DNA of 51,907 bases from assembly GCA_031418115.1 (NCBI GenBank), contig JANOWT010000101.1, forward strand, positions 1 through 51,907, given 5' to 3'. A program made the translations under genes and the position numbers. The notes below the pieces were generated by a model. It had not been told where the DNA came from and made no database searches. It worked only from the letters and a program-made list of their open reading frames with translations. Source of the DNA: Gemmatimonadota bacterium (GTDB lineage: Bacteria > Gemmatimonadota > Gemmatimonadetes > Gemmatimonadales > Gemmatimonadaceae). This document shows positions 1-8,998 of the stretch, in pieces. How positions within the stretch are numbered: position 1 is the stretch's first letter; each line of letters begins with the position of its first letter.

Positions 1-897
1 GCGGGTCTCACCGCGGGCCGCTTTCGCGACTCCGACGGCGAGGAGTACGGCGTCACGCTCCGGCTCCCCGGCGACGCACGCAAGGATGCATCGGCGCTCG
101 ATCGGCTCTGGGTGGGTTCGGTGACCGGAGCGCAGGTGCCCCTGCGTCAGCTGGCGTCGTTCAGGTTCGAGACGTCACCTCCGGCGATCCAGCACTACGA
201 CGGCGAGCGCGCGGTGACCGTGTCGTCGCAGGTGCGGACCGGATTCAACACCGACCGGGTGACGCGCGCGCTGCTCGCGAAGCTCGACTCCTTCCCGCTC
301 CCGGTTGGCTACCGGATCGACGCAGCGGGTGAGATCGCGAGCCGTGAGGAGAGTTTCGGCGGGCTCGGGGCCGCGATCCTGATCGCGACCTTCGGCATCC
401 TCGCGATCCTCGTGCTCGAGTTCCAGACCTTTCGTGGAATGCTGATCGTCTCGAGCGTGATACCGCTCGGCGTGATCGGCGGGCTCGTCGCGCTCTGGCT
501 CACGGGATACACGCTGAGCTTCACGGCGGTGATCGGGTTCGTCGCGCTCATCGGGATCGAGATCAAGAACTCGATCCTTCTCGTGGACTTCACCAATCAG
601 TTGCGCGCGACCGGGGTGGGGCTGCGCGAGGCGATCGAGAAGGCGGGGAAGATCCGCTTCGTTCCTATCGTGCTCACCTCGGCGACCGCCGTGGGGGGGC
701 TCTTTCCGCTCGCGATCCAGGGGAGTTCACTGTATTCGCCGCTGGCGATCGTGATCATCGGTGGGCTGGTCAGTTCGACTCTATTGAGCCGACTGGTGAC
801 GCCCGTGTTGTACGAACTCCTCCCTCCGATGCCGCACGACGTGCGAGCGAAGACGGTCACCGAGCGGCTGCCGGAGGCGGCACGAGTCGTCAGCTGA
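1..897 (+). CDS. RND (AcrB/AcrD/AcrF family) efflux transporter permease, C-terminal part (5'-partial)
   Basis: Frame is open from base 1. C-terminal RND motifs are present: IxHYDGERAVTVS, multiple TM helices, GIEIKNSILLVDF, R-F-V-P-IVLTS, PLAIVIIGGL. Confidence 0.93.
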   Translation, partial: AGLTAGRFRDSDGEEYGVTLRLPGDARKDASALDRLWVGSVTGAQVPLRQLASFRFETSPPAIQHYDGERAVTVSSQVRTGFNTDRVTRALLAKLDSFPLPVGYRIDAAGEIASREESFGGLGAAILIATFGILAILVLEFQTFRGMLIVSSVIPLGVIGGLVALWLTGYTLSFTAVIGFVALIGIEIKNSILLVDFTNQLRATGVGLREAIEKAGKIRFVPIVLTSATAVGGLFPLAIQGSSLYSPLAIVIIGGLVSSTLLSRLVTPVLYELLPPMPHDVRAKTVTERLPEAARVVS

Positions 898-2173
898 CCT
901 TCTTGGTCTTCTTCTTGAGGAAATCCATCAGGATGAACTGCCCCAGCGTCATGGTGTTCGTGAAGTAGGCTCGGCCACGCGTGATCGCGCTGACCATCTT
1001 CACGAACTCCACCAGCGCGGCATCGCGCGCGAGCATGAAGGTGTTCACTGGGATCGCCGCTTTGCGGCAGGCGGCGACCTCGGTGAGCGTTTCCTGCAGC
1101 ACGAACGCGTCGAGGCCCATCGAGTTCTTGTAGATGCGCCCATCAGGCATCGTCAGTGCGCTCGGCTTGCCGTCGGTGATCATCACGATCTGTCGCATGT
1201 CCTTCTTCTGGGCCATCAACAGCCGACGCGCGAGCTTGAGTCCCTCGGCGGTGTTCGTGTGATAGGGCCCCACTTGCGCCTTGGCGAGCGCGCCCATGGG
1301 GATCTCCTCGGCGGAGTCGTGGAAGAGCACGATCTTGATCGTGTCGCCGGGGAATGAGGTCTGGATCAGGTGCGTGAGTGCGAGCGCGACCTTCTTGGCG
1401 GGCGTGAAGCGGTCCTCGCCGTAGAGGATCATCGAGTGCGAGCAGTCGAGCATCAACACGGTCGCGCAGCTTGACCGGTACTCGCTCTGCCGCACCATGA
1501 GGTCGGAGTACTCGAGGTCCATCGGCACGTCGATGGAACCAGTGCGCAGCATCGAGTTCTTGAGCGTTTCGTTCACGTCGAGGTTGAGCACGTCGCCGAA
1601 CTCATACGGCTTGCTCCCCGCGTCGGACTCGATGCCGGTGGCCAAGTGCGGCGTGTCGTGCGAGCCGAAGTTGCTCTTGCCGAGCCCGCCGAGTATGCCA
1701 CGCAGTGACTTGTAGCCGAGGAAGTCGATGCCCTTGCTGGTGAGGTCGAACTGCACGTCCTGCGCGGCCGCCTTGGCGAGTCCACCTGGACCGAACACCG
1801 ACTGATGCCCCGCCGGCGCCTGTGGCGGCTGTGCCATCTTGAGGAAGCCCTCCTTGATGAGCCGCTGCACGATCTCGTCGAGGAGCTTGGAGAGCTTCTC
1901 CTCGGAGATGTCGTCGCCGTCGCCGCGGAGCGCTTCGAGCATCTCGGGCGTGAACTGGCCGCTCTGAATGAGCGAATCGAGGATCGCCTGGCGAAGCGCG
2001 TCCATCGAGCGGTCGCCGCCCTGGTCCTCCTCCTCGTAGCCCCATGGGTTCGACGGCCCGCCCCCGGCGAATCCTGACTGGAGCAGGAAGTCCGCGAGGT
2101 TGTCGAGCAGCGACTGAAGGTCCACCGCGTCGGCGGACTCGGGGCTGAACTTCGAATACGTGTGGAATCGCAC
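890..2173 (-). CDS. VWA domain protein (likely partner of ChlI/MoxR-like AAA+ ATPase)
   Basis: MIDAS motif DCSHS plus HTNT and MITDG. GGAGG SD lies upstream of the GTG. Confidence 0.9.
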   Translation of the reverse strand: MRFHTYSKFSPESADAVDLQSLLDNLADFLLQSGFAGGGPSNPWGYEEEDQGGDRSMDALRQAILDSLIQSGQFTPEMLEALRGDGDDISEEKLSKLLDEIVQRLIKEGFLKMAQPPQAPAGHQSVFGPGGLAKAAAQDVQFDLTSKGIDFLGYKSLRGILGGLGKSNFGSHDTPHLATGIESDAGSKPYEFGDVLNLDVNETLKNSMLRTGSIDVPMDLEYSDLMVRQSEYRSSCATVLMLDCSHSMILYGEDRFTPAKKVALALTHLIQTSFPGDTIKIVLFHDSAEEIPMGALAKAQVGPYHTNTAEGLKLARRLLMAQKKDMRQIVMITDGKPSALTMPDGRIYKNSMGLDAFVLQETLTEVAACRKAAIPVNTFMLARDAALVEFVKMVSAITRGRAYFTNTMTLGQFILMDFLKKKTKKVS

Positions 2174-2363
2174 GCCGGATGCCTCCTTGGCCTGATACTA
2201 ACGGCGGTGTTGGTCACGGGTTCCGGTGTAGGAGATTCCGGTATGCAGTGACGCTGGTCACCAGCGCCGTATTCCCGCACGGGCATTCGAGAGTATACTG
2301 TAAGTACGGAACCGACTCGGCCTTATTCAACGCCCTCCGCAGGTCCCCTCGACCCTCGATCCC

Positions 2364-3581
2364 ATGCCTTCGATCCGATTGCGTCCAATGCTCGTGCTCG
2401 GACTCGCGCTCGGTCTCATCCTCGCACCCTTTATCGCCTCCGCGCAGGCCGACCCGACCGCCGCGCAGGCACCGAAGCCCAAGACGTGGAAGTTCGCCCC
2501 GCGATTCGTCGTCGGTGCCGAGTACGACGACAACGTCTTCCTGCTCCCGGCCAGCAAGCGCCCCGATCCGGCAGCGCCGTCACCAGCGGAGCTTCTCAGC
2601 AGCCGCTACACCGGGATGGAGTCCGCCGCTGACCTGATCACCACGGTTGTGGCCACGCTGGCCATTCGTGGAGCGGGTCTCGGTGGTCGGGACCTCACGC
2701 TCACGCCTGAGTTCGACTACGAACTCTACGCCCGCAGTGGCGAGCGAAGCAACGCGGCATTCGGGCTCTCGGTCGAACAGCTCCTGCGCAAGGAAGGTCG
2801 TGTCCGCATCCGCGCACGGCTCCAACCCAGCTACTTCTCGCGCAACTACCTCTCCGATGCGGTGGATGCGAATCTCGACGGCGACATCCAGGCAGCCGAG
2901 CGCGTCTATTCTCGCGGCGAGTACTCTGAATCCGACCTGCAAGTCGACTACCGCCGTCGGCTCTCGAAGGCGAGCACTTCGCATCCGTTCGGCGCCTGGC
3001 TCCTCGTTGGTGCAGGCTTCGCGGACCGCACTCATGACGCACCGTTCGCCGCGCGCGATTTCAGCGGCATCACCGGCACGGCGCGGTTGCAGTTCGACCT
3101 GCCTCACGGCGTTGAGCTCGTGACATCCTACGATCTCGCGTCGCTCGGAAGTCCCCGGACGACGCAGGTGATCCTGCTCGACGAGCCCGTCTACGGCCAA
3201 GACCTGAACGGCAACGGCAACGCTACCGATCTGAACGCGCGTGCGGTCCGCACGGTCGACCGCTCACGCGTCGAGCAAGCGATCGGGGAGACCGCACGGT
3301 TCAACTTCACGAAGGCGACGGACCTCGAACTATCGGTGGAGTATCGCTGGCGCACGTTCACGTCAAACGAGCCGTACGATGTGGCCAACAATGGGCGCCG
3401 CGACCACCGGATGCAGGTGGGAGTCGAGACGTCGCATCGCGTCAACGGCATCGTTCGGATCTTCGGCGGCGGCGTGTACGGAAAGCAGAACCTGAATCGC
3501 CGCATCGACCTCGGAGCCGAGGGTGCGGTGGACGACTACAACAAGCTGCAGTTGCACGCCGGCCTCCGACTGACGCGCTGA
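2364..3581 (+). CDS. Outer-membrane beta-barrel protein, putative polymer-export porin-like
   Basis: Sec signal peptide (..ASA|Q), first strand ending EYDDNVF, alternating amphipathic strands, terminal strand LHAGLRLTR, two DxDxDG-like loops. Confidence 0.75.
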   Translation: MPSIRLRPMLVLGLALGLILAPFIASAQADPTAAQAPKPKTWKFAPRFVVGAEYDDNVFLLPASKRPDPAAPSPAELLSSRYTGMESAADLITTVVATLAIRGAGLGGRDLTLTPEFDYELYARSGERSNAAFGLSVEQLLRKEGRVRIRARLQPSYFSRNYLSDAVDANLDGDIQAAERVYSRGEYSESDLQVDYRRRLSKASTSHPFGAWLLVGAGFADRTHDAPFAARDFSGITGTARLQFDLPHGVELVTSYDLASLGSPRTTQVILLDEPVYGQDLNGNGNATDLNARAVRTVDRSRVEQAIGETARFNFTKATDLELSVEYRWRTFTSNEPYDVANNGRRDHRMQVGVETSHRVNGIVRIFGGGVYGKQNLNRRIDLGAEGAVDDYNKLQLHAGLRLTR

Positions 3582-3601
3582 ACCGACCTCACCACACCGA
3601 C

Positions 3602-4696
3602 ATGACCAAGACCAAGAAGCCGCGCCGGATCCTCTTCGCCGGCTACGCGCCGGTGCACTTCATCTGCTTCCAGCCGCTGTACGAGCGTCTGCGACGGATG
3701 CGCGGCATCGAGATCGTGCTCTCGGGCGGGCGCGACGTCATGCCGGAGGGGAATGGGAAGCTGACCGCGAGGGCGCTCTATGCCCCGTTCCGCCTGCCCC
3801 CCGACCGCATCGTTGAACTCGATCGGATGCGGAAGCAGACGTTCGATCTCGTCTTCTGCGCGCACGTCTCTGGCTATTTCCCGAAGGACGAGCAGGAGCG
3901 GATCCAGCTATTCCACGGCGTCTCGTTCCGGAACATGGCGGTGCGGCGCGACGTGCTCGTCTACGACCGGCTCTTTCTCACTGGGCCGTACATGCGGCGT
4001 CTCTTCACCGAGTCGCAGATGCTGCGAGACCGCGACGCGAAGCTCGTGAACATCGGCTTCCCGAAGCTCGACCGCCTGGTGAACGGCGAGCTCGACCGCG
4101 CGTCGATCCTCCGGCGCATCGGCTTCTCCGGGCGCCGTCCGGTCATCCTCTACGCGCCCACCGGGCAGAAGGACAACTCGCTCGAGCACACGGGCGAGGC
4201 GGTGCTGGAGCGCCTGCGCGCTACGGGGAAGTACGACATCCTCATCAAGCTCCATGACCATCCCCGCGACCGCGGCACCGATTGGCCGACACGCCTGAAG
4301 CCGCTGCTCGATCGCCACACCAAACTCGCCACTGGGCTCGATGTCGTGCCCTACATGTACGTCGCCGACCTCCTGCTCACCGATGCGTCATCGGTATCGA
4401 GCGAGTTCTCGCTGCTCGACCGGCCGATGGTCTTCCTCGACGTGCCGCAGTTGCTCTCGGCGATGACCAAGAAGGGCGTCGCTCTGGATCTCGATACCTG
4501 GGGACGAAAGGGTGGCGTGACGGTGCGTTGGCCCGATGATGCGGTGGAGGCGATCGGCTGGTCGCTCGCGCACCCAGGCCACGCGAGCAAGCTACGTCGC
4601 GCGATGGCGCGCGACCTGTTCTACAATCCCGGCCACGCCACCGACGCTGCACTCGACTGGGTGCTCCAGCGCTTGCGTTCGCTCGACGAGGCCTGA
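3602..4696 (+). CDS. CDP-glycerol/CDP-polyol glycerophosphotransferase family protein (TagB/TagF-like)
   Basis: QLFHG, GFPKLD, ILYAPT, IKLH and DLLLTDASSVSSEFSLLDRPMVF match the TagF family pattern, including both catalytic His positions. Confidence 0.88.
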   Translation: MTKTKKPRRILFAGYAPVHFICFQPLYERLRRMRGIEIVLSGGRDVMPEGNGKLTARALYAPFRLPPDRIVELDRMRKQTFDLVFCAHVSGYFPKDEQERIQLFHGVSFRNMAVRRDVLVYDRLFLTGPYMRRLFTESQMLRDRDAKLVNIGFPKLDRLVNGELDRASILRRIGFSGRRPVILYAPTGQKDNSLEHTGEAVLERLRATGKYDILIKLHDHPRDRGTDWPTRLKPLLDRHTKLATGLDVVPYMYVADLLLTDASSVSSEFSLLDRPMVFLDVPQLLSAMTKKGVALDLDTWGRKGGVTVRWPDDAVEAIGWSLAHPGHASKLRRAMARDLFYNPGHATDAALDWVLQRLRSLDEA

Positions 4697-4698
4697 GT

Positions 4699-6465
4699 AT
4701 GGAGGCCACCCCGCGCCGCCCGCTGCGCCGCATCATCGAGATGCTGCGTCCGCATGCGGCCGGTGAGGCGCCTGCGTTCGCTAGGGGTGCGCTCCTCGGC
4801 CTCTTGACCGTCGTGTTGCACGTGCTGCGTCCGTGGCCGCTGAAGTGGATCGTCGATGGCCTTGGCGGCACTCCGGTAGCGGATCCGCGCTGGCTCGTCC
4901 TCGCCTTCATCGGGCTCGCCGCGGCGGGCTCCGTCGCGGCGTATGGTCAGGCGATGATCCTCAACGGACTCGGCAACCGGATCCTCTATCGATTCCGGGA
5001 GCGCCTGTTCAGTCATGTCCTGCGGCAGCCGTTGGCCTTTCACGAGACGCGCGAAGTCGGCGAGCTGATGACGCGGATCGTCTACGACACGACACGTCTG
5101 CGGCGCGGCCTCAATGGGATGCTCGTGCGGATCGTGCAGACGATCGCACTCTTCGTCGCCTCGATGGCGGCGCTGCTCTGGATCGACCCGCGACTCGCCG
5201 GGGTGCTGCTCGCCGGCGGAGGTGTCGCGTTGCTCATGATGAAGCGTCGCGGACAGCGGATCGCCGCAGTCGCGAAGAAGCAGAGAACCAAGGAGGGTCT
5301 GCTCGCCGCACTCGTCGGCAGCGAGCTCATGGCGGTGCGCGAACTCCAGGCCTTCGGGTTCGGCGGCAGTGCGGTCGCTGCGCGATTCGCTGCGCGCAAC
5401 GGCCGCAGCATGCGCCAGGAACTGAAGCTGCAGCGACTCTCCCTTGGACTCTCGCTGCGCGTGGATGTCGCGGTCTCGGCGAGCATCGCGGTCGCCATGT
5501 GGCTCGGCGCCTCGGGCGTCCGCTTCGGGGAGCTCACCGCGGGCGACCTCGTGCTCTTCCTGTCGTATGCGCTGGCCCTGCGCGCGCCGTTCGCGGACTT
5601 CGCCGTAGCGACCGCGCGGATCGGCCGGACCTTCGCCTGCGCCGAACGGCTCGACCGCATCATGCGCCGCGGGGTCGCGATCGCGGATCGGCCGGACGCG
5701 GTCGGCGCGGACGGCATCCAGGGTGCGCTACGCTTCGAGAAGGTCTCGCTGTTGATGCCCAAGCGCAGGCGGACCGACCGGAAGTGGGCGCTCGAGAAGT
5801 TGGAGTGCGACTTCCCAATCGGTCGGCGCGTCGCAATCGTCGGTGGGAACGGGGCCGGCAAGTCCACGCTGCTCTCGCTGGTGCTCCGCCTCGCCGATCC
5901 CTCCCGTGGCCGGATCCTCCTCGACGACCGCGACCTGCGAGACTACGCGCTCGAACCGCTCCGGCGTCGGATGAGTGTGGTCTTCCAGGACAGCGTGCTC
6001 ACCGGCGTGAGCGTCCGGGACAACATCGCGCTGGGCGACCAGAGCGCGACGCTCGACGCCGTTCGCCTCGCGGCGGAGCAGGCGGGCGTCGCACGGTTCA
6101 TCGAACGCCTGCCGCAGGGCTACGACACGATCGTCCGCCGAGGCGGCGACCTCTTCTCGGGCGGCGAGCGGCAGCGCATCGCACTGGCGCGCGCGCTACT
6201 GCGCGACGGTCGAGTCTGGCTGCTCGACGAGCCGACCACCGGACTCGACCACCGGTCGGCGCTCGAGCTCACGGACCGGCTCCTCGAGGTGACTCAGGGC
6301 CGCACCGTGCTCTGGGTGACGCACGACCCGGAACTGCTCGCACGGATGGACCTCGTGCTGGAACTCGGAGCCGGCCGCGTTCGGTTCTGCGGCACTCCGT
6401 CGGACTTCGCGGGTCGGGCTGCACCCAGCGCGCCGACGCCGATCAACAGCTCACCGGAGCACTGA
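4699..6465 (+). CDS. ABC exporter, fused TMD+NBD (MsbA/PglK-like)
   Basis: N-terminal TM helices, Walker A GGNGAGKST, Q-loop VFQD, signature FSGGERQR, Walker B LLDE, H-loop VTH. Confidence 0.93.
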   Translation: MEATPRRPLRRIIEMLRPHAAGEAPAFARGALLGLLTVVLHVLRPWPLKWIVDGLGGTPVADPRWLVLAFIGLAAAGSVAAYGQAMILNGLGNRILYRFRERLFSHVLRQPLAFHETREVGELMTRIVYDTTRLRRGLNGMLVRIVQTIALFVASMAALLWIDPRLAGVLLAGGGVALLMMKRRGQRIAAVAKKQRTKEGLLAALVGSELMAVRELQAFGFGGSAVAARFAARNGRSMRQELKLQRLSLGLSLRVDVAVSASIAVAMWLGASGVRFGELTAGDLVLFLSYALALRAPFADFAVATARIGRTFACAERLDRIMRRGVAIADRPDAVGADGIQGALRFEKVSLLMPKRRRTDRKWALEKLECDFPIGRRVAIVGGNGAGKSTLLSLVLRLADPSRGRILLDDRDLRDYALEPLRRRMSVVFQDSVLTGVSVRDNIALGDQSATLDAVRLAAEQAGVARFIERLPQGYDTIVRRGGDLFSGGERQRIALARALLRDGRVWLLDEPTTGLDHRSALELTDRLLEVTQGRTVLWVTHDPELLARMDLVLELGAGRVRFCGTPSDFAGRAAPSAPTPINSSPEH

Positions 6466-6466
6466 G

Positions 6467-7690
6467 ATGCAAGCCGTCATACTCGCCGCGGGAATGGGCA
6501 GCCGCCTCAACTCGATGACTGGCGGCGGCTCCAAGGCGCTCGTCGAGATCGGTGGTCGCCCGCTGCTGTTGCACACGCTCGAGGCCCTCGCCGACCACGG
6601 CATCGGGCCCGTGCTCGTGATCGTCGGTCACGAAGCGCATGCGTTGCAAGAGGTCATCGGCGACCGCGCTGAGGTCCTGCTCAACGAGCGCTTCGCAGAG
6701 ACCAATAGCCTCTACTCGCTCTGGCTGGCACGCGACTGGATCAAGGGTCCCTTCGTCCTGCTCAACTGCGATCTGTTCTTCGACCCGGCTATCCTCGACG
6801 ACCTGCTCGAGCAGACCGGCAACGTGCTCGCGTACGACTCGACGTCATCCCGTGGGCGCGAGCAGACGAAGGTCGCGCTGAAGGAGCGGCGCGTCGTCGA
6901 CCTTGGCAAGGATCTTCCGACGAACTCGGCTCGCGGCGAGAGTCTCGGCATGATCAAGTTCGACGCCGAGGGTTCCCGCGCGATGATCGCGACGGCCAAG
7001 CACCTCATCGAAGATGGGCAGGAGAATGCGTGGGTGATCGAGGCGACACGCAGTGTCTGCAAGGAGATCACCCTCTACGGACTCAACATCGCCGGCAAGG
7101 CCTGGACCGAGATCGACTTCCCCTACGATCTCGACGTCGCGCGGCGCGAGGTATGGCCGGTCATCTGGCGTGGACGCTGGCGGAAGCAGGTGTACTGGAA
7201 GCGCACGCGGTGGGCGGCGATCGCCGCGGCCGTCGCGATGATCGCGCTGCTCGGCTGGTTCGCGAGCACGCAACTCGGGCCCGGCAGCGTCGATTGGGAG
7301 ACCGTGGAACTCGGTGGCGCCGAGATGGTGCGTGTCGTCCGCGTCGACGGTGAGCAGCGGTGGTGGAACGCACCGATCGACGTTCCGGTCACCGCGAGCG
7401 TTGAAGGCGCCGAGGCCGACATCCAACTGCGTCTGGTGCATCCCGACGGCAGTCCGGACTCGTTGCGGTTCGTCGTCGCGATCACGATCGACGGCCATCC
7501 CGCCGATTGGCGTGCGCTCACCTCACTGCCGGACACGAGCGCACATCTGGGCGATCTGCGATTGGGCGACCGCGACCGTATCCGGCTCGAGCTCGGCCCG
7601 GGCAAGCACACGGTGGTGGTCATGCTCGCAGAGGGCCACGGACAGCGCATGCTCGTGCGCGTGAGGCAGCCGGTCGTGCGCGAGGACTGA
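6467..7690 (+). CDS. LicC/PntC-like phosphocholine/phosphonate cytidylyltransferase fused to a TM helix and C-terminal beta-rich domain
   Basis: AVILAAGMGSRL, K in GSKAL, NERFAETNSLYSL, LNCDL, WTEIDFPYDL. These are followed by a basic stretch, a hydrophobic helix and about 140 aa of beta-rich sequence. Confidence 0.85.
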   Translation: MQAVILAAGMGSRLNSMTGGGSKALVEIGGRPLLLHTLEALADHGIGPVLVIVGHEAHALQEVIGDRAEVLLNERFAETNSLYSLWLARDWIKGPFVLLNCDLFFDPAILDDLLEQTGNVLAYDSTSSRGREQTKVALKERRVVDLGKDLPTNSARGESLGMIKFDAEGSRAMIATAKHLIEDGQENAWVIEATRSVCKEITLYGLNIAGKAWTEIDFPYDLDVARREVWPVIWRGRWRKQVYWKRTRWAAIAAAVAMIALLGWFASTQLGPGSVDWETVELGGAEMVRVVRVDGEQRWWNAPIDVPVTASVEGAEADIQLRLVHPDGSPDSLRFVVAITIDGHPADWRALTSLPDTSAHLGDLRLGDRDRIRLELGPGKHTVVVMLAEGHGQRMLVRVRQPVVRED

Positions 7691-7762
7691 GTTCAGGAAC
7701 AGGGACACGCGACCGGCGGCCCTGTCATCGCGGTCATCCCCCGGCGAGCTTTCGGAGCCCCG

Positions 7763-8998
7763 ATGACTGCCCCCCTCGCGTCCCGCTCGCTCAACCCATT
7801 CCGGACCCTCGCCAAGTACCGGAACTTTCGGATCTTCTGGCTCGGGCAGACGACGTCGCTCGTCGGTTCGTGGATGCAGACGGTGGCCGTAGGATGGACC
7901 GCGCTCGAGCTCACGAACGACGCCTTCATGGTCGGGCTCGTCTCCGCAGCGAACACCTTCCCGATCCTCATCTTCTCGCTCCCCGGCGGCGTCGTCGCCG
8001 ACCGCAACGAGAAGTTGCGCGTGGTGCGGATCGCGCAGGCGCTCATGCTGGCAGAGGCGGCCGCGCTCTGGGCGCTCTCGTTCACGGGGCATCTCACCAT
8101 CGGTTGGTTGCTCGCGCTCTCGCTCTTCGGCGGGCTGCTCGCCGCCTTCGAGATCCCTGCGCGCCAGTCGCTCATGGTAGAGCTGGTCGGCAAGGAGGAC
8201 ATCGCGCAAGCGATCGGCCTCAACTCCACCGGCTTTAATCTCGCGCGCGTACTGGGCCCGAGTGTCGCGGCCGTCGTGATCGCACGACTCGGCGTGTCGT
8301 GGACCTTCGGACTGAATGCCGTCAGTTACCTCGCCGTGCTCGTCGGTCTCGCGATGATCACGTTGCCAGAGCGGCGCGCGGCGGCGCGGCAGGGCGTGAG
8401 TCACGTGCAGGGAATGCGTGAGGCGATCCGCCACGTCCTCGACACGCCGCCGCTGCCCATGCTCCTCGCCATCGCGACGGTCTTCTCGGTGCTAGGCGTG
8501 CCGGTGATCACGCTCTTGCCGGTGATCGCGCGCGATCAACTCGGGCTCGGCGCCGACGGCTACGGCGCGCTCATGGCCTGTCTGGGACTCGGCGCGGTGG
8601 TGGGCGCGCTCGCGATCGCCGCCACGGGCGGCGGTGCACAGCGCGGAAAGGTATTCCGCGCTGCGTCGTTCAGCTTTGCGTTGCTGCTACTCGTCTTCTC
8701 GTTCGTGCGGGAGCCTGTGCTCAACGGCGTGTTGCTCTTCGCGATCGGTGTCGCGATGATCCTCAACAACGCACTCGTGAATGCGCGGTTGCAGGAGCTC
8801 GTCCCCGATGCGATCCGTGGGCGCGTGCTCTCGCTCTACGTCATGGTCTACGTCGGTGGTTCCCCGATCGGCTCGTTCGTCGGCGGCTGGGTGGCGAGCG
8901 TGGCCGGCGTGGACTGGGCGATCGGAGGCGGGGCGGTGCTGATGCTACTCTTCGCGCTCTGGGCGTTCCGGCGGCATCCCATGCTTGCGGCGCACTGA
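7763..8998 (+). CDS. MFS transporter (12 TM, DHA3/MFS_3-like)
   Basis: RNFRIFWLGQ..S..GSWMQ, GGVVADR, PARQS, NLARVLGP, RGRVLS motifs. Confidence 0.92.
   Translation: MTAPLASRSLNPFRTLAKYRNFRIFWLGQTTSLVGSWMQTVAVGWTALELTNDAFMVGLVSAANTFPILIFSLPGGVVADRNEKLRVVRIAQALMLAEAAALWALSFTGHLTIGWLLALSLFGGLLAAFEIPARQSLMVELVGKEDIAQAIGLNSTGFNLARVLGPSVAAVVIARLGVSWTFGLNAVSYLAVLVGLAMITLPERRAAARQGVSHVQGMREAIRHVLDTPPLPMLLAIATVFSVLGVPVITLLPVIARDQLGLGADGYGALMACLGLGAVVGALAIAATGGGAQRGKVFRAASFSFALLLLVFSFVREPVLNGVLLFAIGVAMILNNALVNARLQELVPDAIRGRVLSLYVMVYVGGSPIGSFVGGWVASVAGVDWAIGGGAVLMLLFALWAFRRHPMLAAH

Noticed and set aside
2174-2363. Insertion boundaries or a promoter for the cassette (AGTATACT at 2292-2299, TTCCGGT direct repeat, CGCTGG inverted repeat)
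   Set aside because: No matching repeat at the 7691-7762 end and no convincing -35 box; too weak to call.
4833-6518. 561-aa alternative-frame ORF overlapping the ABC gene
   Set aside because: Arg/Ala/Pro-rich and motif-free; an off-frame artefact of GC-rich codon usage.
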